From Callorhinchus milii (lineage: Eukaryota), in contig NW_024705417.1 in NCBI RefSeq assembly GCF_018977255.1, positions 1 through 46,370 on the forward strand: a stretch of 46,370 nucleotides of DNA, written 5' to 3'. The notes under the pieces were generated by a model that saw only the letters and a list, made by a program, of their open reading frames with translations, was not told the origin of the DNA and did not search any database. Positions 25,362-37,694 of this stretch are shown here, piece after piece; position 1 is the first letter of the stretch; each line of letters starts with the position of its first letter. A program made the position numbers and the translations under genes.

Positions 25362-25717
25362 CTGGGAGCACAGCCCACCTTCAGAGACCCTCACGTTCAC
25401 ACAACCACACAGCCTTACAGCCCAGAAGGTGGTCGTTCGGCCCATCGAGCCTGTGCCGGCTCTTTGGAAGAGCTGCCAACTAGCCCCCACTCCCCCTGCT
25501 CTTACCCCAACTAGTCCCCATTCCCCCGCTCTTACTTCTTACCCCAACTAGTCCCCACTCCCCCGCTCTTATCCCAACTAGTCCCCACTCCCCCGCTCTT
25601 ATCCCAACTGGCCCCCACTCCCCCGCTCTTACCCCAACTGGCCCCCACTCTTACCCCAACCAGCCCACACTCCCCAAGCTCTTACCCCAACTAGCCCCAC
25701 TCCCCCGCTCTTACCCC

Positions 25718-27556
25718 AAAAGTTTTTACAATTATATTAAGAGGAATAGGCTGGTGAGGATAAATGCAGGTCCACTTCAGTCAGAGATGGGAGAAGTTGT
25801 AATGGGGGAACAAGGACATGGCAGAGTCCCTAAATGGGTACTTTGCACCTGTCTTCACCCGAGAAGACACAACCAGTCTGTCAACAATAGAGATGCACCA
25901 AAGGTATAAGGACAGGGAGCAACTTAGGGAAATTTTCATTAGTAAGGAATTGGTGCTGGGAAACTGTTAGCACTAAAAAGTGACAAATCCCCTGGTCCGG
26001 ATGGCTTGCATCCCAGGGTTTTAAAAGAGGAGCTTATGAGATAGTGGAGGCCTTGTGTCTGATCTTCCAAAATTCCTTGGATTCTGGAACAGTCCCCATG
26101 GATTGGAAGATCGCAAATGTCACACCACTATTTAAAAAAGGTGGAAAGGAAAAGATGGGGAACTATAGGCAGTTAGTCTCACATCAGCGATAGGAAAAAA
26201 TTTAGAATCGTTGATTAAGGATGTGGTAATGCGGCATTTAGGGCACAATATATTAGGCCAAGTCAACATGGCTTTACAAAAGGGAAGTCATGTTTGACAA
26301 ATCTCATAGAGTTTTTCGAGGATATTTTCAGTAAACTCGATAAGGGTGAATCAGTGGATGTGGTCTATTTGGACTTCCAGAAGGCATTCGATAAGGTGCC
26401 ACATAAAAGGTTAGTCCAAAAGATAAGGGCCCATAGAATTGGGAGGAGCATATTAATATGGATTGGGGAATGGTTAATGGGTAGGAAACAAAGAGTAGGG
26501 ATAAACGGGTCCTTTTCAGATTCGCGGGATGTGACTAGGGGAGTGCACAAGGATCAGTCCTTGGGCCTCAGCTATTTACCATCTACATCAACGATCTAGA
26601 TGAGGACATCGAAGTTAATATATCTAAATTCGCGGATGACACAAAACTAGGAGGAAGTGTCAACACAGAGGACGACATTAAAAAATGCAGCGAGACATAG
26701 ATAGGTTAGGTGATTGGGCAGGTAGGTGGCAGATGAAGTATAATGTAGGGAAGTGCGAAGTCATCCACCTCGGGAGCAAAAACAGTAGAGCGGGTTATTT
26801 TTTAGAAGGGGAGAGATTGGAATGTGTTAGTGTCCAGAGGGACTTGGATGTCCTTGTACACCAATCACAGAAAGTTAGTCTGCAGGTGCAGCAGCGATTA
26901 GGAAGGTGAACGTTATGTTAGTATTCATTATGAAAGGATCAGAGTATAAGAGTAGGGAAGTCTCGCTGCAACTGTATAGGGCCCTGTGAGACCACACCTG
27001 GAATACTGTGTGCAGTTTTGGTCTCCTTATTTAAGGAAGGATGTACTTGCCTTGGAGGGGGTACAGCGTAGATTTACTGGGTTAGTGCCAGTGATGAAGG
27101 GGATGAGTTACGAGGATAGGTTGACCTATTTGGGCCTATATTCTCTAGAATATAGAAGAATTAGAGGGGATCTTATAGAAACCTATAAGATCATCAAAGG
27201 GCAGATAGAGTAGATAGTGGGAGATTGTTTCCCCGGTTGGAGAAACTAAAACCAGGGGTCACAACCTTAAAATCAGAGGCCAACCCTTTCACACTGAGTT
27301 GAGGAAGAACTTCTTCACTCAAAGGGCAGTGATTGTATGGAACTCATTACCCCAAAGGGCTGTTGACGCTCAGTCCTTGAACATATTCAAGACTGAGATA
27401 GATAGGTTTCTTATTGCAAAAGGGATTAAGGGATATGGGGATAAGGCAGCGTCAGGTTATTAGCTGGAGTTAGATTAGAAGATCAGGTATGATTGAATGG
27501 CGGGGCAGGCTCGAAGGGCCCGAATGGCCTCCTCCTGCTCCTACATGTTATGTTCC
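25718..27556 (+). mobile_element. CR1 LINE, 5'-truncated, frameshifted ORF2, antisense within SRRT intron 7
   Basis: [53 protein letters not shown] motifs; 3' end gggcccgaatggcctcctcctgctcctacatgttatg. Confidence 0.95.
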
Positions 27557-27597
27557 GTTAACCCATCAATTCAGCTTCTTCAGCCCCTCCTCTCTAC

Positions 27598-27785
27598 CTT
27601 TTTGCCGCTCTCCTCTTTCTTCTCTTCCTTCTCTTTCTCCATAGCCAGCTTCCGGTCAGCGTCAGAGCCCCCCCGGAGACCCTCCTCCTTCTTTCCAGCT
27701 TCAGACTTTTCCGCCTTCTCCTCCTCGTCCTCCAGGTCCAGGATCTTCACGTCATTCTCCGTCCCCCCCTCCATCTTGATGACGG
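27598..27785 (-). CDS. SRRT: SRRT exon 7
   Basis: (A)VIKMEGGTENDVKILDLEDEEEK...EESGKK; cag acceptor, gtagag donor, ends phase 0. Confidence 0.93.
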
Positions 27786-27825
27786 CTGGTGGGTCAACAA
27801 CAGCAGTCAAACAGGAGCTAGCAGA

Positions 27826-28110
27826 GCCTGGCGAGGGCTGGGGTGATGGGGGGGACGGGGTTTAGTGGGGGTGATAGGGAGCAAGTTGAGCCTGGCAAGG
27901 GCTGGGGTGATGGGAGGGACGGGGTTTAGTGGGGGTGATGGGGAGTCGGTGGAGGCTGGCGAGGGCTGGGGGTGATGGGGGGAACGGGGTTTAGTGTGTG
28001 ACAGGGAGCCAGTGGAGCCTGGCGAGGGCTGGGGTGTTGGGGGGACGGGGTTTAGTGGGGGTATTGGGGAGCCAGTGGGGCCTGGCGAGGGCTGGGGTGA
28101 TGGGGTGGGG
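27826..28110. repeat. G-rich minisatellite (about 60-bp unit) filling SRRT intron 6
   Basis: Repeated cctggcgagggctggggtgatggggggacggggtttagtg; contains L2-like gggagccagtggagc. Confidence 0.85.
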
Positions 28111-28132
28111 GGAGAACGGGAATTTGGATTAC

Positions 28133-28302
28133 CTGCGTCCAAGGCTTTCATTATGATGTTGGACTTGTCGATGTCCAGCGAGATGCCATCGAACCAGCCG
28201 TGCTCCATCAGGTAACAGTACACACTCAGTCGGGTTCGCATGCCATAGTCAGCCTCTTGCTTGCGCTTCCCAACCTCGTCTGGGTGATATTTTGATCGAA
28301 AC
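28133..28302 (-). CDS. SRRT: SRRT exon 6
   Basis: FRSKYHPDEVGKRKQEA...GWFDGISLDIDKSNIIMKALDA; aag acceptor, gtaatc donor. Confidence 0.96.
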
Positions 28303-29770
28303 CTTTGCAAACGGAACGGTGGGGGGGTAAGCAGACAAGACCCCAGTGAGCAGCAGGTCACAACAGTCAGTCACGGAACGGCACATAGTATATATCTATA
28401 TATAATGTTTTAAACAACAGCTAACAGTAATCTATGAATGTATAATATATATATATATATAAATCTTGGTATATGTATTAAAAACATACACATGCACCAA
28501 TTTAGGAGTATTGCCCGGAGGAGAGGAGAAAAAGCAAGGCAGGGCAGCTAAACCCCAAAATGTCAGGTCTCAATGGACAGTTCTGTGTACGTTCGCACAA
28601 TACAACGCAATGTTTTTTTTGTGGTGGTGTGGTGCTGGTGATTGGCGGGCGATGGGAGGGGGGTGGGAGGGTGAGGGGAGGTTTGCGGAGGGGGTGGAGA
28701 GGCAGGAGTCTGGCTTTACAAAGCCAGTCCTGCAGTGTAGGGGGTGAAGACCCCCTCGCCTCGCAAGCGAGAGGACCTGGGTTCGATTCCCGGGTGGGAC
28801 CGGGCGAAACCTTAAGACAAGTTTCCGTACTCCACACGCACGCCCGTGTTTAACCGCTTGTTAGTCGAATGGCGGGTAACTTTCCGGGGGTGATAATCCC
28901 ACCCGCGAAACAATAAATGCGGTCGCTTAAACCGCGACTGCTTGTGGGCACGTCGCTGGGCGCAATTGGCTGCCGCATTTCGCCCACAAAACACTCAAAG
29001 TCGATTCTTTAACTTCCGCCTAAAGAGAAGGAACGGGCGGGTAATAATAATAATAATCCTGGCATTTGTTACAGCGCCTCATCGTGTCTTAAGAGACGTC
29101 TCAAAGCGCTTCACGGGATACACTGTAAAGTGGAGTGACTGCGTATTTAGGCGAAAAAGTACTGATGGAAAGTGAGATTTGCAGGGCTCCGGGAAAAGAG
29201 CAGGGGGGGGGGGGGGTGTGGGGGAGTTGGCGGCTCTTCCAAAGAGCCGGCGCTTGCACGATGGGCCGAATGGCCTCCTTCCGTGCTGTTAACGGTTTAT
29301 GATTCTGTGAGATGAGGGCGTTTTCCCACTAATATCCCAGCTCCGTGTGTTTGGGAAGGTGGTGCCTGTGTGTGTGTGTGTGTGTGTGGTGGGGGGTGGG
29401 GAGGGGGGGGGGGGGGGAGAGGAAATCAGTTGGAAACGCCAAGCCAAAAAAAAAAAGGTTACGTAAATCCGTGCCCCCTCCCCTCCGAACAAGACACTGC
29501 TGTTTGTCAACTCTGCCTCGCCCATTTCCCACCCTCGGGATTAAACCTCCCTCCCTCCCTCCCTCCCTCCCTCACTAAACAGTAGTTAATTAAACGTAAC
29601 ACAAAGCTTAACACAGGTCGAAAACCAAAACGGAACAAAAAGAGAAGAAAATCCTAGCGAAAAGAGAACACAAATTTGCAGCGATTTCTTTAAATATATT
29701 TCTTAAACAATTTTTTTTTAAAAAAAAAAGTCTTTTTTTTTTCAGCGTTTTTCATTCATTTTTTTTTTCT

Positions 29771-30054
29771 TTTAATTCATTTTTTTTTTTCTCTCTGACG
29801 TACGGAGGAAATAATAATACTTAGGTCTCGTAGGCATCCTGAAGGGTCTCAACTGTGCGTGCGAGTTTTTTTCTCGAACTTCATGTCATTACAGTTTCAT
29901 TTCATTGTTTGATTGTCTGAGCCTCGCTAACTAACTAAGCCCTAGACTTTTGTCTAACTAGACACTGCATTGTACGCAGTGTGTCGCTAACTTCTCTCTA
30001 ATCATCTCCACCGCTGGGTGACCAGTAATGGCTTCTGAGTTTGATCTCCTGTAC
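29771..30054 (-). other. Candidate poison / alternative terminal exon in SRRT intron 5
   Basis: ctgac branch-like motif and long pyrimidine tract, AG at 30056-30055 (second AG at 30050-30049), in-frame TAG at 29960-29958, ATTAAA at 29776-29771. Confidence 0.55.
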
Positions 30055-30379
30055 CTTGTGTTCGGAGGGTGAGGGAGGGAGGGAGGGAGGGAGGTGGGGG
30101 TAGGGTGGGAGGGGGAGAAAGGTGTCAGAATTAACATTATACAAACAAAAAAAAAATGATTATTATTATGGTTAACAGCAGATCACATGAATTAAAGAGA
30201 GGACTGTACAAGCACAGCTGGATATTGCTCCCCCCCCCCCACCCCCCCCCACCACCCCAACCTTGCACGTTTCACTGCAACACAGCACAAAGCGTTAATT
30301 CCGAAAATAAAGCCACCTTATAAACGGAAGAAAACGCTTGGATGAAAGAAGACAGAGGTCCAGCTAAGTTGGCCTGTCC

Positions 30380-30845
30380 ACCGTCCTGGCAGTCGCTAGA
30401 CGGGTGGTGTCCCGAGCTACTGTCTCTCTCTCCCCCCCACCCCCCACGAGATATTATTTTCTAACAGAAATCTCTCTCGTTTCTTCCTGAAACAAATTCT
30501 GCGTCCACCGTCTGTCTGTCTGTCTTCCTAGGGAACCTGTTCCGCACGTTTACTACTTGCTCGCTGAGGTTGTGTCCCCCGTAGATTTGGTGCGAATTCA
30601 CCCCCTTCAATCCCAGGACGTGTGGCCTCTGGTTCTGCCGTTCAGTACAAGATAAAACAGCTTCTCCTGGTCAACCAGATCCAGACCCTTGAAGACCGTA
30701 ATCATGTCGACCCTCAACCTCCTCGTCTCCAGTGTGAACTTGCCCAGTTTATCCAATCGCTCCTCAAAATCCAGTCCCTCCACCCCCCTCAATCATTCTG
30801 GTTACCCTCCTCTGTATCCTCCTGATCGCCGCAACATCCTTTTAC
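30380..30845 (-). mobile_element. CR1 LINE 3' fragment
   Basis: GLDFEERLDKLGKFTLETRRLRVDMITVFK...RTRGH remnant of the CR1 ORF2 C-terminus. Confidence 0.8.
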
Positions 30846-31349
30846 TCACTCTTTAAGTCCACCACGTCTCTGCATCTCCCTCCGACAACCCCCCCCCCCC
30901 CACCCCTCCCCAATTCCGACGAGACGGCAGCGAACTTGGAAAATCACGTCTCCAAGCGCTTCACGGGACACGCTGTAAAGTGTAGTGACTGTGTGTTTCG
31001 TGGCCGAAACGTGGCAGCCAACTGCACCCAGCGACGTCCCCATAAACAGTCGTGAAGCGAGCGAGTTTGTGATTCAGGGAACTGGGGGGGTGGGGGGAGA
31101 GAGAGAGAGGTGAACTCCCTTCTCTTCACCCCTGCCCCGACTGTCGGGAGATGTTACCCCCGGAAAGCGATCCGCAAATCGATCAACTATCGGGTGCCTA
31201 CTTACTGCTGGAAAACAGGCGAGTGTGTGTGTGCGTACGTGTGTATGTCTCTGTGTTGTGTGTGTCTGTGTCTGTGTATGGGGAGTAAGGAAACTTGCCT
31301 AAGGTTTCGCCCTGACCTGACCCGCCCGGGAATCGAACCCGGGTCCTCT

Positions 31350-31650
31350 GGCTTGTGAGGCGACGGGTCTAACCCCTGAGCTACTGGGACTGTGACTTGC
31401 GAGGCGAGGGGTCTAACCCCTGAGCTACAGGGACTGTGACTTGCGAAGCGAAGGGTCTAACCCGAGCTACAGGTACTGTGACTTGCGTGGGGAGGGGTCT
31501 AACCCCTGAGCTACAGGGGCTGTGACTTGCGAGGCGAGGGGTCTAACCCCTGAGCTACAGGGACTGTGACTTGCGTGGGAGGGGTCTAACCCCTGAGCTT
31601 CAGGGACTGTGACTTGCGTGGGGAGGGGTCTAACCCCTGAGCTACAGGGA
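31350..31650 (-). repeat. Tandemly amplified SINE head (about 43-bp unit)
   Basis: Repeated gggtctaacccctgagctacagggactgtgacttgcg. Confidence 0.9.
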
Positions 31651-32351
31651 ATCCACAAATCTAAGAAAGCGTGCGCTGAAATGCAAGCCCTTTGACACAC
31701 ACTTCATCCTTGGAGTCCCACCACCTTCTCCCCTCCCTCCCTGCCTAAGACTCATCCTTTCAAGCGTGTATTCAGGTCATCTCTCCTCCCCACTCACCCC
31801 CCCCAAAAAGCCTCGACTGTGTGAGACTCTGCGGTCGTGTAGCAGAGGAGCCCAGTTGCTCAACAGCAGCAACAAATGACATTTACGCAGTGCTTTTCGT
31901 GTTGGAAGAACATCCCACATCCCTCGGGGCTGAGAGTTACCCTCAAAAATAAAACACTTTGCTGGTTTATGAACAAAAGGGTAACAGTTCCAAAGCCAAA
32001 GCCCTAACTAACTAACTGACTGACTAACTAACTAATGGGGAGGGTGGTCCTCGCTGGACAAGCAGCAGGAAAGCTGAGGCAGCGCTCTCAATGGCCAAAC
32101 CGGTTTAGCTCGAATTCAAGATCCTTGTCCTCACTTTCAAGGCCATCCATGGCCTTGCGCCCTCCTACCTCTCTGACCTGCTGTTTCCCTACTAACCCGC
32201 CCGCTCCCTCCGTTCAGCGGGCTCCGGCTGCTCCATGTCTCCTGCCCGACCCGCCCTACCACCGGTGGCCGGGCTTTCAGCCTCTCTGGGGTTTCCGGGT
32301 GTGGGGGCGATGTGGGGAATTCTCAGTCGGGTTTGGAGACTCTTAAGCAAA

Positions 32352-32800
32352 GGTGACGGGTTTCCGTGTGTGTCAGACACCCGACCGGTCACGGTGACGG
32401 GTTTCCGTGTGTGTCAGACACCCGACCGGTCACGGTGACGGGTTTCCGTGCGTGTCAGACACTCGGCCGGTCACGGTGACGGGTTTCTATGCGTGTCAGA
32501 CACTCGGCCGGTCACGGTGACGGGTTTCCATGCGTGTCAGATACCCGGCCGGTCACGGTGACGGGTTTCCATGCGTGTCAGACACCCGGCCGGTCACGGT
32601 GACGGGTTTCCATGCGTGTCAGACACCCGACCGGTCACGGTGACGGGATTCCATGTGTGTCAGACACCCGGCCGGTCACGGTGACGGGTTTCCATGCGTG
32701 TCAGACACCCGGCCGGTCACGGTGACGGGTTTCCATGCGTGTCAGACACCCGGCCGGTCACGGTGACGGGTTTCCATGCGTGTCAGACACCCGGCTGGGC
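32352..32800 (+). repeat. 41-bp tandem array (about 11 units)
   Basis: Unit ggtgacgggtttccRtgYgtgtcagacacccgRccggtcac, period 41, no spacers. Confidence 0.95.
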
Positions 32801-33671
32801 AAAACAAGAAAAGTAATCTCTTAACCAGGACTTAGGCTGATGTACAACTTTGGCGATTACCCCATTGATACAGATCGGACTTATGAGAGTTTTACTGTAT
32901 ATACACATTGCAGTATAATGTAGAGCGTCAAGCACGGGGTCAAACACAATAACTTGCACTTATTTACACAGCGCCCCTCACGTCCCAGAGCGCCTGACAG
33001 TGACGGAGCACACCACTGAGCCTGGGGGAGGGGTAGTGGTGGGAAACCGTAGGCACGGCACCTTTCATATCAGGAGGGCAGGGAGCGGAGGAAGAGGAAC
33101 ACACCCCACCCCCTCACGATGGGGACTGAGAAACGTCCGACCATTCCTGCTCAGATCGGGAGAGAATATGAAGCAAGGCAAGAGTTTCACTCGCACACAC
33201 ACACACACACAGGCACCCACGCACTCACACACACACACACACAGGCACCCACGCACTCACACACATACACACAGGCACCCACGCACTCACACACACACAC
33301 ACAGGCACCCACGCACTCACACAGGCACGCATGCACTCTCACACACAGGCACACACACACACACCACAGAACAAGTCACTTGAATCTCTCCTTCCCCCTC
33401 CCACCCCCTCAGTCAGGAGAACACAGAGCCAACGAAAGAGACATTTACAACTCAGGAAATTTGGAGGGAAGTTGGCGGGAAGAGAGAGAGTAAAGCGTTA
33501 TCATTTGAAGTTAAGCTGGAGCACAGTAGCAGTGGGGGTCAGGGGAGAGAGACGGGAGAGGGGGGGAGAGAGAGAGAGAGAGAGATTGAGAGAGAGAGCG
33601 AGAGAAAGAGAGCGGTGAATACAGTAATTGATGGCAGTCGGGTTAGCGAGGGCTTCGGATTGTTGTCTCAC

Positions 33672-33860
33672 CATTCTTCGTCCTTATGGGCCAGGAAAAA
33701 GTCCTGCATTTGCTGCCGCCTGAACTCGATCTTGTACTCGTTGTAGCGTTTCACCGACTCCGTCTCATCCACCGAGTCGTCCAGGGACAGCAGGAACTCC
33801 TTGAAGGTCTTCATCACGGCAGGCGGAGGTCCCACCTCCAGCTCGTGGAGATTCCCCAGC
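33672..33860 (-). CDS. SRRT: SRRT exon 5
   Basis: [62 protein letters not shown](W); canonical splice sites. Confidence 0.97.
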
Positions 33861-34409
33861 CTGGCCCCCACACACACACACACCGTGTTATATCACCATC
33901 ATCATCTTAATAACCCCCCCCCCCCCCCCACACCGCCCCAGGACGTTGGGGGACGCTGCCGTGCGCAATTGGCTGCCGCGTTTCGCCCACAAACCGGAGT
34001 AATAATAATAATAATAATAATCCTTACGGGAGGTCGTCTCAAAGTGTGTTACGGGGCTCGCTTTTAAAGTGTAGTGACTGTACGTTACAGTCAATTCACT
34101 TTACGGGGTATCCCGTGAAGCACTTTGAGGCGTCTCGATGACGTGACGAGGCGCCGGGTCACACGTAAAGATTATTATTTTGAGACTAGTGTTCTCTCTC
34201 TTTCCTTTATTCCCCCCCCACCCCTCCCCACACCCCACCACCCTCTCCCTCTTTCTCTCTCTCTCTCTCTCTTTCTCTTTCTCTCCACACAGCAATCCCC
34301 CAGATTGTTCAGAGTATATGATTGGGACCTTGGCTATCGGGGCTACTGGGAGACTAGTGATGGGAGATGTTCAGACAGGAGGGTGGTGGGGGGGGTTTGA
34401 TGCTCTCAC

Positions 34410-34556
34410 CTGGCCTGGATGGGGATGCCATGGTGCTGCTGCATCATGTGCATGTCAGGGTGTCCCCAGGGCTGAGGGGGGCCGTAGCTGGGACCCCCAC
34501 CTCCTCCGTACGGCATGTCATAGCCCGTGTGGTAGGGATCCCCTCCGTGGTCGTCC
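34410..34556 (-). CDS. SRRT: SRRT exon 4
   Basis: [48 protein letters not shown](R); tag acceptor, gtgaga donor. Confidence 0.96.
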
Positions 34557-34949
34557 CTAGAAACAACAACATTTCGGTCACAACAACAACAACAACAACA
34601 ACGGGGGCAGCAACAACACATCGCGGCATTTACGTCGGGAGGACGTCACAAAGCGCCGGACAGCCGGGGATTTGGGGGTTGGGATCAGGAGGGGGTGGAG
34701 GGTGACCGAAGGCACAGTTGACCAGAGGAGGGTCTTGAGATGAGCCTTGAAGGAGGCGAGGGAGGGGGCGAGCGAGGGGAGGGACTGGGGGAAGGAGTTC
34801 CTGAGGATGGGGACAGAGAGGCTGAAGGTCCGAGTTAGCAGGTCACAGAGGTAGAAGGAGCGAGGCTTTGGGGGGCTTTGAAGGCAAGGACCAGGATTTT
34901 GAACTCTGTCCTCTGGGGAATGGGGAGCCAGTGGAGCCGGGCTTGTGTT

Positions 34950-35410
34950 TATGTTTGTGTGGCGCGCACGCGTGTGTGTGTATGTGTTGTGTGTGTAGTC
35001 TGTGTGTGCCTGTCTATGTGTATGTGTGTGAGTGCATTAGTGTGTTTATGTGTAGCGTGTGTGTGTGTATGTGTATGTATATATGTATGTGTGCGTAGTG
35101 TATGTTGGTAGTGTGTGTGTGCAGTGTGTGTGTATAGTGTGTGTGTGTATGTAGTGTATGTGTGTAGTGTGTATGTAGTGTGTGTGTGTGTAGTGTGTGT
35201 GTTTATGTGTGTGTAGGGTGTGTGTGTGTTGTGTGTGTGTAGTGCATGTGTGTAGTATATGTGGGTAGCATGTGTGTGTATGTGTGTGTTTGGGACGTCC
35301 TCCTGACGTGAAAGGCGCTTTATAAATGGAATCTTGTTGTTGTTGTTGTCGTGTAGTGTGTGTGTGTGTGTGTAGTGTATATAGTGTGTGTGTGTGTAGT
35401 GTGTGCGTGC
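34950..35410. repeat. (GT)n-rich low-complexity repeat
   Basis: Directly visible. Confidence 0.9.
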
Positions 35411-35417
35411 TACTCAC

Positions 35418-35549
35418 CATTCTCCTCGCCGCACGCGTTTCTGAGGCGGGCTCAGGTCGTGCCGCGGTGGGGAAAATCGTTCCCTCCTTCCCCGATCGTA
35501 ATCTCTGTACTCCCCGCGGCTCCTTCTCTCTCGCCCCCTGTCCCACTCC
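35418..35549 (-). CDS. SRRT: SRRT exon 3
   Basis: (R)[19 protein letters not shown]...[19 protein letters not shown](W); cag acceptor, gtgagt donor. Confidence 0.96.
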
Positions 35550-35939
35550 CTGGTGAGGAGAGAGAGAGAGAGAGAGAAACACAGGCCCTCAGATAACTGG
35601 CCGGGTCGAATGGCCTCCAGCTGCCTCCTCCCTCCCCCCCTCCCAGCTGGGACGTCGTGGGTTCAAGCCCCGGGTCAACGACTCAAGCTCGGAGTCCAGG
35701 CTTACGTTATTACTATTATATCTCATGGGATATAACAGTAATAACAATAGTAATAACAACAACAATAACCCTCTCATTTGATATAGCGCCTCTCATGAGG
35801 CTTTGCGCCGTCTCGAAGACGGTAAGAATAATCCCCTCACGAGGCGCTATCGTGATTATTTTCATTATTATTATTATTGTCGGCGGCGGCGTTGCTACTG
35901 TTTACGCTCTCTGCCCACGGGGCTCCGACCCTGACAGAC

Positions 35940-36058
35940 CTGTCGTTCCAGTCGTCTCTCCGCCTGTCGTCCCGCTCTCTGGATCGGTCGTAGTCGCTCC
36001 TTTCCCGACGGAATTTGTCTCTCCGGCGCCGGTCATACTCATCATCGCTGTCGCCCAT
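35940..36058 (-). CDS. SRRT: SRRT exon 2 (first coding exon)
   Basis: gccATGG Kozak; [43 protein letters not shown] donor at 35939; probable acceptor ttgacag at 36092-36093. Confidence 0.97.
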
Positions 36059-36777
36059 GGCTGGCTCGGGGCTGGTGTGGGCGGGCGCTCTCTGTCAAAG
36101 GGAGGGGTCTGCAGCTTCGCTCTGTGGGGTTTGCGCACATTATATATTATTATATAAGATATTATTCCATTACGATATACGGTGTGTTGGAGGCTACACC
36201 CACTGTACGTCCTATATCGTACAGTGTCTGCCATTGTATATTCTACACACTTTTGTTATCACACGTTATATATATATATGTATACAAAAACACTTAACGT
36301 CCAGATCGTACATCACCCCAAACATTGAGTATAATGTGTAGAATATCTAATTAATAGCACAGCGCATATAATAATAATAATAATAATCCTTGCATTTGAT
36401 ATAGCGCTTTTCACGTCGGGAGAACGTCCCAAAGCGCTTCACAGAACACACTGTAAAGTGAATTGACTGTGATTAGTAATTGTAGAGATTACATGTCACC
36501 TGAAAACTCTGTGTGTGTGTGTGTGTAGAATAGATAACGAATGACACAACGTCCGGAATGCGCCCGAATAAATTCTAACAATCCTGGCGGCTGACCCGGC
36601 GCCTCGTCACGTCCTCGAGACGTCTCAAAGCGCTTCACGGAATACACCGTGAAGTGGAGTGACTGTGTATTTGTGGGCGAAACGCGGCAGCCGATTGCGA
36701 CCGGCGACGTCCCCACAAACAGCCGTGGATTGAAGCCATTATTATTACTGTTTTATTTTCTTGAGGGATTATTATCA

Positions 36778-36813
<36 letters not shown>

Positions 36814-36939
36814 TAGTAAGGAAACTTGCCCAAGCTTCCGACCTGCTGGGAATCGAACCCGGGTCCTCTCGCTTGCGAGGGGAGCGCTCTGACCACTAAG
36901 ATACAGGACTCCACAATCAATCGTGTACAGGTTGTGCAT

Positions 36940-37690
36940 AATCCCGAATGCCATATATAAGGTGTAGAATTATACTGTTAACCATATAATAGATTATTAA
37001 TTATACATTACACACATTACTCTGTCGTTTGGGTTGAATGTACAATTAATGTATAAAATTGTCGGGCATCACATTATAACAGTTACAGTGCAGCGTGAGA
37101 TAACATTCATTATATATTATACACATTATATATGGTGTTGGGAAGTTATAATCTATATATCAACAATTTGAATTTGATTATTAATTATAATGAATACATT
37201 GTATTGTTGAAATTAATTATATATTACACACATTATACGGTGCCTGAGACGGTACATAACACCGTCATATATTAACAATTTGAATCAGATTATTAATTAT
37301 AATGAAGACATTATATTGCTGATATTAGTTATATATTGCACACACATTATATATGGCGTTTGGTGGTTATAATCTATATATTATTGATTATATATTATTG
37401 GTTACTTTATATTCAATGCATTATATTTTTATATAATCTAAACCTTATATATAGTGTCTGCGGTGATCCATAATCTATATACAGACTGACCAAAATAATA
37501 TAATATATAGAATATTACAGTACTATACCTAATAAGTCTTAAATAAATGATATTTTTGTTTGGTATTTAGATTATTACACATTATATTATCGATTAATAT
37601 CTATATAACTAACACATTATAAACTATATTACTGATCACTAACTATATATTACACACATTATATATTATATTAATGATTAACTGTTACAC
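36940..37690. repeat. AT-rich region with degenerate repeat (acacattata...ttataatctatata)
   Basis: Recurring motifs near 37116, 37222 and 37340. Confidence 0.7.
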
Positions 37691-37694
37691 ACTG

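Larger units (their letters stand above)
9627..36058 (-). other. SRRT: SRRT (ARS2, serrate RNA effector) gene, coding span ATG to stop, 19 core coding exons
   Basis: Spliced translation runs from [23 protein letters not shown] to MLRGDPRNIVEYRDLDAPEDVDFF*, matching vertebrate ARS2. Exon phases are mutually consistent. Core CDS is 2661 nt (886 aa) with the GC donor of exon 17, or 2682 nt (893 aa) with the GT donor. Confidence 0.98.

Noticed and set aside
25718..27556. Active or domesticated reverse transcriptase gene
   Set aside because: It is 5'-truncated with multiple frameshifts, an ordinary dead CR1 copy.
28303..28361. Intron-encoded N-terminal extension of exon 6 (ORF 27807-28361)
   Set aside because: It has only a short open stretch with GTG/CTG starts overlapping the acceptor tract, no ATG and no independent support.
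32352..32800. 41-bp palindromic repeats as a CRISPR array (also 8825-9085 and 23731-23960)
   Set aside because: Units are directly tandem with no unique spacers, there are no cas genes, and the context is a vertebrate intron.
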